Of a stretch of DNA of 64,000 nucleotides, positions 10,194 to 20,373 are shown one piece after another (position 1 is the stretch's first letter; each line of letters opens with the position of its first letter). The position numbers and the translations under genes were made by a program. The stretch is from an uncultured Verrucomicrobiae bacterium (lineage in GTDB: Bacteria > Verrucomicrobiota > Verrucomicrobiia > Chthoniobacterales > JAFAMB01), in NCBI GenBank assembly GCA_963813025.1, contig CAWEXO010000012.1, positions 32,001-96,000 on the forward strand. Reading direction: 5' to 3'. The notes under the pieces are model-generated. The model saw nothing but the letters and a program-made list of their open reading frames with translations, made no database searches and had not been told where the DNA came from.

Positions 10194-10400
10194 CCAACGG
10201 CCGATAGCCGATGACCAATGACGATAATCGAGCAGCGAAGCCCAATATGTCAATCGCGCATGCGCTTGGGTCGAGAGGGTAAAGCGGAAACGCCTGCGCA
10301 GTAACGCCGATCAGGACTCGATTGGCCGCCTACCTTGTCGGCTATTGGCTATCGTCATTGCTCATTGGATACTGGTCATCGGCCAGCCGTCATTGGCTTG
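10182..10400. repeat. Short tandem heptamer-like repeats (ATGACCR) in two inverted blocks
   Basis: gatgaccgatgaccaacggccgatagccgatgaccaatgac near 10182-10222, and complementary ctattgg/tcattgg/tcatcgg units near 10340-10400, between convergent genes. Confidence 0.6.
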
Positions 10401-10411
10401 GCAATCTCCCC

Positions 10412-12160
10412 TCAGCCCGGCAGCGGAAAACGGCGGGTCATCGAGCACACGCTCTCCCGAACCTTTCCCAGCACCGCCTCGTCGCCGGGTGAACTCAAAG
10501 CCTGATCGAGCAAATCCGCGATGTCCATCATGTCCTCCTCTCGCATGCCGCGAGTCGTGACCGCTGGTGTGCCAAGGCGGATTCCGCCCGCTTTAAAGAC
10601 ACTCTCAGTGTCAAAGGGAATGGCATTCTTGTTCACGGTAATGCCGGCGCGGTCCAACGTCTCCTGAGCCTGTTTGCCATTCAAACCCTTCGGCCGAAGA
10701 TCAACCAGCATCAGGTGATTGTCCGTGCCTCCGGAAACCAGGCGGTATCCTTTCATTCCCAAGCTGGCGGAGAGCGCCTTCGCGTTCAGCAGGATCTGCT
10801 GTTGATACTGCCTAAAATCATCCTGAAGAGCCTCTTTGAAGCAGACGGCTTTTGCCGCGATCACGTGCATCAAAGGGCCTCCCTGAATTCCGGGGAACAT
10901 TTGGCTGTCGATGGTTTTGGCGTATTCGGGTTTACACATGACCAGACCACCCCGCGGACCCCGGAGACTCTTGTGAGTCGTGGTGGTCACAAAATCGGCC
11001 AAACCAACCGGGCTGGGGTGCAAACCGGCCACTACCAGGCCAGCAATATGCGCAATATCGACAAACAGATAGGCACCCACCGAATCCGCGATCTCGCGCA
11101 TCCGATGAAAATCGATCACGCGCGGATAGGCCGAAGCCCCTGCCGTAATCATGCGCGGGCTAGTCTCGCGGGCGATGCGTCCCAGCGCTTCGTAGTCGAT
11201 GATCTCCTTTTCTTGGCTCACCCCGTAATGAGTGACTTCGAAAAAGCGCCCGGAAAAATTCGCTTTGTTCCCGTGGGTCAAATGTCCGCCGTGCGACAAG
11301 TCCATAGTCAAGATCTTATCACCAGGCTGTAATACACTGAAATAGACCGCCATGTTGGCCTGGCTCCCACTGTGTGCCTGCACGTTCACGTGTTCCGCAC
11401 CAAAAAGTTGCTTTGCCCGATCAATGGCCAGCTGTTCAACAATATCGACAAATTCGCATCCGCCGTACCAGCGGCGCCCGGGATAACCCTCGGAGTATTT
11501 GTTTGTCAGCAAGGAGCCTTGTGCTTCCATTACCGCGCGGCTGGCAAAATTTTCCGAGGCAATCAATTCGATATTCTCGAATTGGCGGTTTTTTTCCCGC
11601 TCGATCGCCTCATAAATTTCGAGATCAACTTCTCGTAGACCGCGATTCCCTGATAGATTCATTGGTGCATTGTCCTGGTTGCGTTCCCGCCCATTCGATT
11701 CCACAAAATTCAGGAGACCGGGCAACGCGCGTTCGATAATGTCGCGGGCAGCTACGTACGCATTATACCCCATTCCGATCGGATCGGCGACGTCTAAAGA
11801 ATCTGCATTGGGCTCGAACTCCCGCAACAGATAGGCCTTCTCGGCGGCCTCTGGATAGAAATAGAGCATCTGATCCAGATGACTTCTGGTCATCACGATA
11901 ATCCAGGAAGCCGCATTCACCTGTTCATCGGAAAGGCTCTGGCTTCTGAATCCGGATATATCAATGCCGCTTTCCTTCAGTACTTCGACGGCATGCGCAC
12001 TGGGTGGTTGGCCTGGATAAGCGCTTAGCCCGGCTGAACTGACATGAATATCTGTCCGGTCACCCAGCAGCCGCCGGAACAACCCTTCGGCCATCGGACT
12101 GCGGCAGATATTCCCCGTGCAAACAAACAGCACTGATTTTTTTTGAGTCAAAGCAGCCAA
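10412..12160 (-). CDS. glyA: Fusion: LMW protein-tyrosine/arginine phosphatase + serine hydroxymethyltransferase
   Basis: N-terminal CTGNICRS (CX5R) and ADPIG; C-terminal [36 protein letters not shown] (PLP lysine). Confidence 0.95.
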   Translation of the reverse strand: MAALTQKKSVLFVCTGNICRSPMAEGLFRRLLGDRTDIHVSSAGLSAYPGQPPSAHAVEVLKESGIDISGFRSQSLSDEQVNAASWIIVMTRSHLDQMLYFYPEAAEKAYLLREFEPNADSLDVADPIGMGYNAYVAARDIIERALPGLLNFVESNGRERNQDNAPMNLSGNRGLREVDLEIYEAIEREKNRQFENIELIASENFASRAVMEAQGSLLTNKYSEGYPGRRWYGGCEFVDIVEQLAIDRAKQLFGAEHVNVQAHSGSQANMAVYFSVLQPGDKILTMDLSHGGHLTHGNKANFSGRFFEVTHYGVSQEKEIIDYEALGRIARETSPRMITAGASAYPRVIDFHRMREIADSVGAYLFVDIAHIAGLVVAGLHPSPVGLADFVTTTTHKSLRGPRGGLVMCKPEYAKTIDSQMFPGIQGGPLMHVIAAKAVCFKEALQDDFRQYQQQILLNAKALSASLGMKGYRLVSGGTDNHLMLVDLRPKGLNGKQAQETLDRAGITVNKNAIPFDTESVFKAGGIRLGTPAVTTRGMREEDMMDIADLLDQALSSPGDEAVLGKVRESVCSMTRRFPLPG

Positions 12161-12302
12161 AGCTTACACCGCACATCATTGGTCGCAAGCCGCACTGGCT
12201 CGCCCGTTACGCTAGTGGAACGCGGTCCATCCGACCACAAGCAACCACAACAAGTTCGACGGTTGTGGGGTCATTCTTGAAAAGCGCGCTGCGATTCGAG
12301 TC

Positions 12303-13661
12303 TTGAGGTGCTTTCGAGATGACAGTACCATTTTGCCGCCTTTGAATCCGTTGACTGTTTTTGATTATGCCGAGGCGCTTTTCCGGCTCGTTCTCATCCG
12401 GACTGGGCGGAAAGCGACCGCCCAGAAAGTCGTGCAGGAGACGGTGAGTTCCGCTTGGGAAAAGGCCGGCGGCCGGCTGGCGGCCATTGATCTTGAGAGG
12501 CTCTTTCAAACTGTCCTCGAATGGAAAGACGCCGATTTACCATCGGTCAATCCCGAGTTATCCGGTTGGCCGCTCGCCCTGCACCGGCTGCCAGAGCCGA
12601 CGAGATCGATTCTTGTCCTATTCTACCTGGAAGTCCTTGAGCCGGCCGCAGCCGCCCGCGCAGCCAAAGTTTCTTTAGACCAATTTGCAACGTTGGTCTC
12701 GACCGGACGCCGCTTGCTCGCGGCCACTTCGTTCAGCGGTCCGGACGCAGCGGGCCCAGTTATGAGCGGACCGCTTGCTTCCCTGATCCGACCGGCGTAC
12801 GAACGATCCCCGGAACTGGCTGACACCGTCCGCCAAATCCAAGTCGATCCGGCCAGCGCCACGGAGCTTCAGCGGCAGATCGCCTTTGATGACGAAGTAG
12901 TCGCCGGCATCAGAAAGATCATTCTCAGCGAACCGCAAACGGCGGAACTGGAGCAGTCTCTTACCAGAAGCGGGTCCAGAGCTGAGTCAAAGCTCCCTTT
13001 GGTTCCGGCAACGACGCCAATCGCCACCGCGAACCAATCGCCCGAGCCTGGTCCTACGGCCTCTCCGCCCAATGACGCGGAGGACGGCGCGTTTCGACCA
13101 AGTTCAACCAAGCCAGAAAAACCAGATGAGCAGACCGATAAGCTGCCCAGCGGAGCTCCTCGCCGCACAATTCTGATCGCGGTCGGTGTCGGCCTCATTG
13201 CCACCTGTGCCATGATTGTCTGGATAATCGCTGATCAGCTCAACTCATTCACCGGCTCGGAACGCGTCGGTCAATTGCTGGAATCGGCCAACGACCTGAA
13301 GGGGGACGAATTTGAGCCAGTCGATAGCACCGGCAAGGATGTCGAAGACTGGTTCTTTCTGAAACACGGTCTGGAGCACTTTGGCGTCCCCGCGCGATTT
13401 GCCGATACGGAGACACTGGGGGGGCGGGTCTTCAAATTTGACGGTACGGAGGTTGGGCAGATCATGGCCGTCGGCGAGAAAAAGATGCTATTCTACTTGT
13501 TCCCCGCAGACGAACTCGGGGTGAAGGTGCACAACGGCAAATGGAACATTGTGGAGGACGGGTCGTGGGTGGGTGCAGTAACAGGTATGAACGATACCGC
13601 TTTCGTGGTGGCCATCCACGGCAATCGGGAAGACATGGAGAAACTGCTGGCGAAGAAATAG
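12303..13661 (+). CDS. Putative ECF sigma-like / anti-sigma-like fusion membrane protein
   Basis: Region-2-like LFRLVLIRTGRKATAQKVVQET, region-4-like ALHRLPEPTRSILVLFYLE, Pro-rich linker, one TM segment, C-terminal domain; start uncertain. Confidence 0.5.
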   Translation: MRCFRDDSTILPPLNPLTVFDYAEALFRLVLIRTGRKATAQKVVQETVSSAWEKAGGRLAAIDLERLFQTVLEWKDADLPSVNPELSGWPLALHRLPEPTRSILVLFYLEVLEPAAAARAAKVSLDQFATLVSTGRRLLAATSFSGPDAAGPVMSGPLASLIRPAYERSPELADTVRQIQVDPASATELQRQIAFDDEVVAGIRKIILSEPQTAELEQSLTRSGSRAESKLPLVPATTPIATANQSPEPGPTASPPNDAEDGAFRPSSTKPEKPDEQTDKLPSGAPRRTILIAVGVGLIATCAMIVWIIADQLNSFTGSERVGQLLESANDLKGDEFEPVDSTGKDVEDWFFLKHGLEHFGVPARFADTETLGGRVFKFDGTEVGQIMAVGEKKMLFYLFPADELGVKVHNGKWNIVEDGSWVGAVTGMNDTAFVVAIHGNREDMEKLLAKK

Positions 13662-13752
13662 CCTGCGTCACTCGCAATTCTTAAGGATTTGCGAACGATG
13701 CAGGCTAAAACGTTGGCTTCCATTCCGGTGAAGATCGCTTATAATTTTACTT

Positions 13753-14292
13753 ATGGTCGAAGTCTTGGGAGTCTTCGGCTTCCTGAGTTGGCTTTTCGTT
13801 ACTTTCTGCGAATGGCTAAGCTGTCTTGCTTTTTTTCCAGCGGTTGTTCTGGGCTGCATTTTGATTCCTGTCCTAGCCGGCCGCGATTATCGGCAGCTGG
13901 CGCGAAAATGGCAGCTGCAAGGTATGTTCGCTCACCGGGAACCGGTGCCTCCGGAGCGATTCTACTGGGGCGCGCGAGCCAATAAACTAGGGTGGCGTGC
14001 GAGCTTGTTGTCCGCTGCAACCATCCTCGCGTGGTGGAACGCGGCCACTTTTCCCGCTTCGCTGACGGTCACTCCCGAGGCCATTCTCGGCTGGCTGAAC
14101 GCGATCGCCGGAATCCTAACCAGCAGTCGATTGGTCAGCCTGTTAATTCTTTTTTTCCGGGCTTCCCAGTGGTTCGATGCGATGACCCCCGACGTGGTCG
14201 GCCTGTTCCGTCGCACAATGTACCGGCTCTCGGACAACTACGAGTACTTGGGACAGAAAAAACGCGATCCCGAGAAAGAGGAAGTGTATTAG
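13753..14292 (+). CDS. Hypothetical membrane protein
   Basis: 179-aa ORF with 3-4 hydrophobic segments. Confidence 0.6.
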   Translation: MVEVLGVFGFLSWLFVTFCEWLSCLAFFPAVVLGCILIPVLAGRDYRQLARKWQLQGMFAHREPVPPERFYWGARANKLGWRASLLSAATILAWWNAATFPASLTVTPEAILGWLNAIAGILTSSRLVSLLILFFRASQWFDAMTPDVVGLFRRTMYRLSDNYEYLGQKKRDPEKEEVY

Positions 14293-14670
14293 GAGTTTAG
14301 AGGAACGGGCCCCCGCCGGCAGGCGATCCGCCTTGGCGGACGAGCGCCAGGCGAGCACTTGTTTGACCATGTCCGCCATAGCTTTAACGGCGAAGAAGCC
14401 GGCCATTGGGATTGGCCACCCTCCAGGGAGTCTCTTTCTGATTCTCGCCCCAGCAAAAATCTTTTTCCGGAGTTGCCTGCCTGACAACGGCGCGTTTGGC
14501 GATCTGGAGCATATCGGGGAACTACTTCGAACGACGGCAATTGCAGCAGCCGGTCAATCGGGGTACCCTGAGTTTTTTGAGACGCTTCAGAGACTGCAGC
14601 AGTCCAGTTATGAGCAAAGCTCAAAAAAGATTGAGATCCCAGCCTAAGGACAAAAAGAGCTTTTGTAATC

Positions 14671-15267
14671 ATGCGATCCGATATTGTGCCCGGCGCGCTT
14701 TTTCCCGACTATGAACTCACTGATCACGCTGCGAAGCGCCGTAAGCTCTCAGAACTGCAGGGTCAGCATCCCATGGTTCTCGTGCTCAGCCGCGGAGGTT
14801 TTTGCCCCAAGGACCGGCGCCAGGCCGAACTACTAGTCCAACTGCACCGGGAGCTGGAAGTTGCCTATTGCCGTCTAGTCACGATCAGCACCGACAATAT
14901 CACTCTTACGAACGAGTACCGCACAGGTGTCGGTGCTCACTGGCCGTTCCTCTCTGATGCGGGACGAATCGTTCAGAAGGATCTCGACATTGCGGAATAC
15001 ACGGATCCAGTCAACAATCCGATGATTCCACATGTCATCGTTCTGGAACCCGGCCTTATCATATACAAGATCTACAACGGCTATTGGTTCTTCGGCCGGC
15101 CGACGCTTGAGGATCTCCGTCAGGACCTCCGCGCCGTCACCCAAAAGTGTCGGCCGGACTGGGATATCACAACGCCAGAAATGAAGGCCGCATGGAAGGA
15201 AGGCCGCAAGGACCTCTTTTATGCTTATGGCAAGACTTATGTTCAAACGCTCGGCGAGCAGGATTAG
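14671..15267 (+). CDS. Redoxin / AhpC-TSA family protein (single Cys, GGFCPKD)
   Basis: FPDYEL, SRGGFCPKD, WPFLSD, YNGYWFFGRP. Confidence 0.85.
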   Translation: MRSDIVPGALFPDYELTDHAAKRRKLSELQGQHPMVLVLSRGGFCPKDRRQAELLVQLHRELEVAYCRLVTISTDNITLTNEYRTGVGAHWPFLSDAGRIVQKDLDIAEYTDPVNNPMIPHVIVLEPGLIIYKIYNGYWFFGRPTLEDLRQDLRAVTQKCRPDWDITTPEMKAAWKEGRKDLFYAYGKTYVQTLGEQD

Positions 15268-15482
15268 AGTCGGTTTTCCATCGAAAACTACTTTCGTCAT
15301 CGGCCGTTTTGCGACTAATGCTGACTTTTCCGCGCTGCGGACCTCCGTCTCGGTCATCCCTGCCCTCCCAACGGGGGATCGATCTAAAGTGCATTAGGCG
15401 GGGATCCAGTGTCGCTCACTCGCCGGGCACCGAGCCGGTTTTATCTCTGGCGTGGTCCCTCTTTTCTTTTAAAGTCTACGTC

Positions 15483-16793
15483 GTGCCTACCCTTCCAATA
15501 GCTTCGACGGGGACCAGAATATCACGGAACCACCCAGACAAACGGTCCGATGACCTGGCCGCAGCCTATCGTCGCGTTCGAGAGCTGAGCGAAAGCCTTT
15601 GTGAAACGCTTCGGCCAGAGGATTGCGTCGTCCAGACTGTTCCCGAGGTGAGTCCGACGAAATGGCATCTCGCGCATACCAGCTGGTTTTTTGAGACTTT
15701 TGTCCTCAAAGAAGCTCTGTTGGACTACACGCCGATCAACGCGCAGTACGCTTATTTGTTCAATTCCTACTACAATGCCGCTGGTAAGATGCACTGCCGG
15801 CCTAAGCGCGGCCTTATCTCGCGGCCCACTTTAAGCGAGACTTTAGAATACCGACGTGAAGTGGATGCGCTGATGGAAGGCATTTTGGAAAATGAGGAGC
15901 TCCTCAAGCAGTTCGCGCCCACTGTTGTCCTGGGAATCAATCACGAACAACAACATCAGGAGCTGATGTTGACCGACATAAAACACGTGTTCTCTGAAAA
16001 CCCTTTACGCCCCATCTTTCGCGAGCGCGCAGAAACAACCCGCTCCACGGTTCGTCCGATACGATGGGTGCCATTCAAGGCCGGAGTTTATCAGATCGGG
16101 CACGTTGGCGGCGGATTTTTTTACGATAACGAGGAGCCGCGGCACCGGCAGTGGGTTGAGGATTTCCATCTCGCGTCTCGCCTCGTTACGAACGGAGAAT
16201 ACATTGAATTTATCGAAGACGGCGGCTATCGCCGGCCAGAATTTTGGCTGTCACTCGGTTGGTACACGGTTGGTGAACAGCGCTGGGAAGCGCCACTCTA
16301 TTGGGAAGGCGGTGACGGGAATTGGTCGATTTTCACGCTCAGCGGCGTACGCAAATTAGACAAGAATGAACCCGTTTGTCATGTCAGTTATTTTGAGGCC
16401 GATGCGTTTGCCCGTTGGGCTGGCGCCCGCTTGCCTACAGAATTTGAGTGGGAGGTTGCGGCTGGAGATTTGCCACCCGCCGGAAACTTTGTCGAGGATG
16501 AAATTTTTCATCCGAAACCGATCGACGAATCGGCCCCCCGCGAATCTATCGCTCAAATATTTGGCGACCTGTGGGAATGGACGAGTAGCTCCTATTCCCC
16601 TTATCCGGGTTACGTCACCGCTCCGGGTGCACTGGGCGAATACAATGGTAAATTCATGTGCAACCAGTACGTGTTACGGGGTGGCTCGTGCGCTACCTCG
16701 CGGTCGCACATCCGGAAGACCTATCGGAATTTTTTCCCGCCAAACGCGCGTTGGCAATTCATGGGAATTCGTTTAGCCAAAGACGCGCACTAG
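15483..16793 (+). CDS. egtB: Ergothioneine biosynthesis sulfoxide synthase EgtB
   Basis: DinB domain SPTKWHLAHTSWFFE, FNSYY, HEQQHQE; FGE-sulfatase domain RLPTEFEWE, EYNGKFM, YRNFF. GTG start inferred. Confidence 0.92.
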   Translation: MPTLPIASTGTRISRNHPDKRSDDLAAAYRRVRELSESLCETLRPEDCVVQTVPEVSPTKWHLAHTSWFFETFVLKEALLDYTPINAQYAYLFNSYYNAAGKMHCRPKRGLISRPTLSETLEYRREVDALMEGILENEELLKQFAPTVVLGINHEQQHQELMLTDIKHVFSENPLRPIFRERAETTRSTVRPIRWVPFKAGVYQIGHVGGGFFYDNEEPRHRQWVEDFHLASRLVTNGEYIEFIEDGGYRRPEFWLSLGWYTVGEQRWEAPLYWEGGDGNWSIFTLSGVRKLDKNEPVCHVSYFEADAFARWAGARLPTEFEWEVAAGDLPPAGNFVEDEIFHPKPIDESAPRESIAQIFGDLWEWTSSSYSPYPGYVTAPGALGEYNGKFMCNQYVLRGGSCATSRSHIRKTYRNFFPPNARWQFMGIRLAKDAH

Positions 16794-16920
16794 CGTTCCT
16801 TTAAAACACTCCCGCTGCGACCGCGGTTCTCGCTTGGAGCGAATAGTTATCAATGATCAGCGGAAGATCACGCTGACCGAACCCTGAGCGGACTACGCGT
16901 AAAAATCACTTTTTCGCCCG

Positions 16921-17889
16921 ATGAATGCCCATAACAAATCCGTTCAACGCGATACAGAGCCGAATCAATATAGTTTTTGCGACGAGGTTTTACGCGGTCT
17001 CGCACAGCGCCCTAAACGGATCGCATCGAAATTTTTTTATGACGAGGTTGGCTGTCGCCTTTTTGAGGAAATTTGCCAACTCGGCGAGTATTATCTCACT
17101 CGTACTGAGATCGACATCCTGCGCGAAAACGCGATCGGAATTTGCCGGGCACTGGGACCCGAGTGTCTTTTGATCGAATTCGGCAGCGGCAGCAATATCA
17201 AAACCCGCATCCTGCTCGACCATTTGTTCGCGCCGGCCGCGTACGTGCCGGTCGACATCGCACGAAACAATTTGTTGCGATGCTCGGCCCGACTTGCGGG
17301 CGATTATCCCGACCTTTGCATTCTGCCGGTCTGTGCCGACTTCACAGCCGACTTTGCGCTGCCCGAGGTGCCGTCGGCATTGCAACGGATCGTTGCATTT
17401 TTCCCTGGCTCCACCATTGGCAATCTCGAGCCGGCTGAGGCTGAAGATTTTCTTCACCGGACAGCAGCGCTCTGCGGTCCCGGCGGTGGACTCCTGATTG
17501 GCATAGATCTAAAAAAAGAACCGAAACGGCTGGAGCGAGCCTACAACGATGCGCGCGGCGTAACCGCCAGATTTAATCTGAACCTGCTCGCCCGCATCAA
17601 TCGCAGCTTTGGAGTGGATATTCCGCGCGAAAATTTCCGCCACCACGCGTTCTACAACGCAGAAATCGGCCGAATCGAAATGCATCTGGTCAGCCTGACG
17701 GAGCAGACCGTACAATTGAATGGCACCCGCATTGCCTTTGCCGAGGGAGAACAGATTGCCACGGAATACTCGTACAAATACACCGTTCGGGAGTTCGGCG
17801 ACCTCGCGATGCGATCGGGATGGAGCGTTCGGGAGGTTTGGACCGATCCTGAGCACTTATTTTGCGTACAGCATCTTGTGGCGCGGTAA
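16921..17889 (+). CDS. egtD: L-histidine N-alpha-methyltransferase EgtD
   Basis: KFFYDEVG, EYYLTRTE, IEFGSGS, FPGSTIGN, AYND, TEYSYKY. Confidence 0.93.
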   Translation: MNAHNKSVQRDTEPNQYSFCDEVLRGLAQRPKRIASKFFYDEVGCRLFEEICQLGEYYLTRTEIDILRENAIGICRALGPECLLIEFGSGSNIKTRILLDHLFAPAAYVPVDIARNNLLRCSARLAGDYPDLCILPVCADFTADFALPEVPSALQRIVAFFPGSTIGNLEPAEAEDFLHRTAALCGPGGGLLIGIDLKKEPKRLERAYNDARGVTARFNLNLLARINRSFGVDIPRENFRHHAFYNAEIGRIEMHLVSLTEQTVQLNGTRIAFAEGEQIATEYSYKYTVREFGDLAMRSGWSVREVWTDPEHLFCVQHLVAR

Positions 17890-18009
17890 CAGGCGACATC
17901 TTGGAAAGCACAGCGTCGCAAACGCTGCCGAAGGGGGCAAAGCTCCTGTTTTAAAATTGCGGATCGGCAATCGCCGCGTCGCCAATCGTGCGCAGATGAG
18001 CTTTCGAAA

Positions 18010-18744
18010 ATGATCAAACTCAGTTCTGTAAGCAAAGAATTCGGTACGACAGTCGCCCTTCACGAAACGAGTCTGGATATTTCTGGCGGCAAAACAACCG
18101 TACTGATCGGCCCGAGTGGCTGCGGCAAGTCAACAATTTTGAGACTAATCATTGGTTTACTTGAGCCTACCAGCGGCACAATCGAAATTAACGGCGACCG
18201 TGTTACGCCAGCAAACATCCTCAATTTGCGGCGGCGCATCGGGTATGTAATTCAGGAGGGCGGGCTGTTCGCTCATTTGACAGCCAGACAAAATATATTG
18301 CTCATGGCAAAGCATCTAAAACAGCCAGCAGAGCGAATGGAAACCCGCCTGCGTGAGCTCTGTGAGTTGAGTCATTTCCCCGAAGATGCGCTCCCACGTT
18401 ATCCAGTCGAACTCTCCGGCGGCCAGCGGCAACGGGTAGGCCTGATGCGCGCGCTTATGCTTCAGCCTTCGGTGCTGCTGCTGGATGAGCCGCTCGGCGC
18501 GCTTGATCCGATGGTCCGCGCCCGTCTGCAGGATGAGTTGAAGGAAATTTTCAAACGGCTGCAACAGACCATTATAATGGTCACTCACGATATGGCTGAG
18601 GCCGGCTTTTTTGCCGATTGCATTGTGCTGCTGAATGAAGGCCGCATCGTCCAATCCGGAACGCTCGATGACCTGCGGACGAGGCCGGCCACAGAGTTCG
18701 TCCGGGAATTTCTACGCGCTCAGCGCGTACTTGAGGCCATATGA
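18010..18744 (+). CDS. Osmoprotectant-type ABC transporter ATPase (OpuA/ProV/EgtV-like)
   Basis: GPSGCGKS, IGYVIQEGGLF, LSGGQRQR, LLLDEP. Confidence 0.9.
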   Translation: MIKLSSVSKEFGTTVALHETSLDISGGKTTVLIGPSGCGKSTILRLIIGLLEPTSGTIEINGDRVTPANILNLRRRIGYVIQEGGLFAHLTARQNILLMAKHLKQPAERMETRLRELCELSHFPEDALPRYPVELSGGQRQRVGLMRALMLQPSVLLLDEPLGALDPMVRARLQDELKEIFKRLQQTIIMVTHDMAEAGFFADCIVLLNEGRIVQSGTLDDLRTRPATEFVREFLRAQRVLEAI

Positions 18745-20204
18745 AGCCGATCATTCCAATTTTACTGATTTTCGCGTTTCCCGTTGCGACTCAAGCCCAG
18801 CGAATTGTGGTCGGTTCCAAGAAATTCACCGAGTCCTACGTTCTGGCCGAGATCGCCAAGACGACTTTGCAGAAGGCCGGCTTCGCAGCCGAGGTCAGAC
18901 AAGGAATGGGTGGAACGATCATTTTGTGGGAAGCCTTGCAGGGGGGCGAAATTACGCTCTACCCCGAGTACACCGGTACGGTCGAAGAGGAAATTCTGAA
19001 AACGAAGCAGCCACTGAGCGCGGATCAAATGAGCGCGCTGCTTCGGCAGCGTGGGGTGGGTATGACTGGAGAGCTTGGATTCAACAACACCTACGCTCTC
19101 GTTATGCGGCGAGATCGTGCTTCCAAGCTTGGCCTCCGCAAGATAAGCGACCTGCGGAGTCATCCTGATCTGAACGTTGGCCTGACCCACGAGTTTCTCG
19201 ACCGCCAGGATGGCTGGATGCCGTTGAGCGCGCGTTACGGCTTGCAGATGCGAAACGTGCGAGGGATCGATCACGCGCTTGGCTACGCCGCGCTGGCGAA
19301 CGGTTCGATCGACCTAAAAGACGCCTATTCGACGGACGCAAGAATCGCGGAAAACGATCTCGTTGTCCTTGATGATGATCTTCATTTTTTCCCCCAATAT
19401 AAAGCGGTGTTTCTTTACCGGCTCGATATGGACAGTCGTGCCGTGGCTGCGTTGGAAGCCCTCGCGGGCACAATCGATGAAAAACGCATGACGCGCTTAA
19501 ATGCTGAAGCCGAGCGGACAAAAAATTACGCACTGGCCGCCGCGCTTTACTTTGGCCAAAAGTCAGTCTCCCCTTCCAATGACCTCACCGGAAAAATCGA
19601 GGGCTGGACATTACGACACTTGGAATTGGTTGGGGCCTCGCTTTTCCTGGGAATTATTGCCGGCATACCGCTTGGTATTCGGGCGAGTCGTCCCGGACCG
19701 GTCAGCAACTTCATTCTCGCTACCAGCGGCATGATTCAAACTATTCCGTCTCTCGCGTTACTTGCATTGCTTGTGCCACTCCCCTTTTTCGGAATCAGTC
19801 CGGTAACGGCGGTTTTCGCTCTTTTTTTATATAGCCTGCTGCCCATCGTTCGGAATACCGCCACCGGTCTGCAGGACATCCCAACGGCGGTCCGTGAATC
19901 CGCCGCAGCTCTCGGATTAGAGCCATCCGCACAACTTTGGAAAGTTTTCTTGCCACTTGCCTCACGCACGATTTTGGCCGGAGTAAAAACCAGCGCGATC
20001 ATCAACGTCGGCACCGCTACGCTGGCCGCGCTCATCGGTGTCGGCGGATTGGGAGAACCAATTATCAGCGGGCTTAATCTCAATGACTACGGCACGATTT
20101 TGGAGGGCGCAATTCCCGCTGCCTTGCTCGCATTGCTGGTTCAGTTCTTCTTTGACGGATTTGACCGCGTCTTCGTTCCTAAGGGTCTGCGGCTCAAACA
20201 ATAA
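18741..20204 (+). CDS. Fused substrate-binding protein + permease of glycine-betaine/ergothioneine-type ABC importer
   Basis: GSKKFTE, YPEYTGT, FNNTYAL, DAYSTD, FFPQY; C-terminal permease QTIPSLALL...GVGGLGEPI. Confidence 0.9.
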   Translation: MKPIIPILLIFAFPVATQAQRIVVGSKKFTESYVLAEIAKTTLQKAGFAAEVRQGMGGTIILWEALQGGEITLYPEYTGTVEEEILKTKQPLSADQMSALLRQRGVGMTGELGFNNTYALVMRRDRASKLGLRKISDLRSHPDLNVGLTHEFLDRQDGWMPLSARYGLQMRNVRGIDHALGYAALANGSIDLKDAYSTDARIAENDLVVLDDDLHFFPQYKAVFLYRLDMDSRAVAALEALAGTIDEKRMTRLNAEAERTKNYALAAALYFGQKSVSPSNDLTGKIEGWTLRHLELVGASLFLGIIAGIPLGIRASRPGPVSNFILATSGMIQTIPSLALLALLVPLPFFGISPVTAVFALFLYSLLPIVRNTATGLQDIPTAVRESAAALGLEPSAQLWKVFLPLASRTILAGVKTSAIINVGTATLAALIGVGGLGEPIISGLNLNDYGTILEGAIPAALLALLVQFFFDGFDRVFVPKGLRLKQ

Positions 20205-20373
20205 CAAATGGCTTCATCGGTGGGCTAATAACAGGCCGATGACCTGCCGTGTAGCACAGTATTTTGAGACGTTTTGTGGGCGCAGCGATTCACTTAAGCG
20301 GCCCGAACCGTTAGTGGTAAGTTCGGCCGAGACCGGCTAGTTGTAAATGTCAGTAAGGAGCTAGGAGAAAGCA

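Noticed and set aside
15483..16793. Selenoneine synthase SenA or ovothiol synthase OvoA
   Set aside because: No senB/selD neighbours and no C-terminal methyltransferase domain; adjacent egtD supports EgtB.
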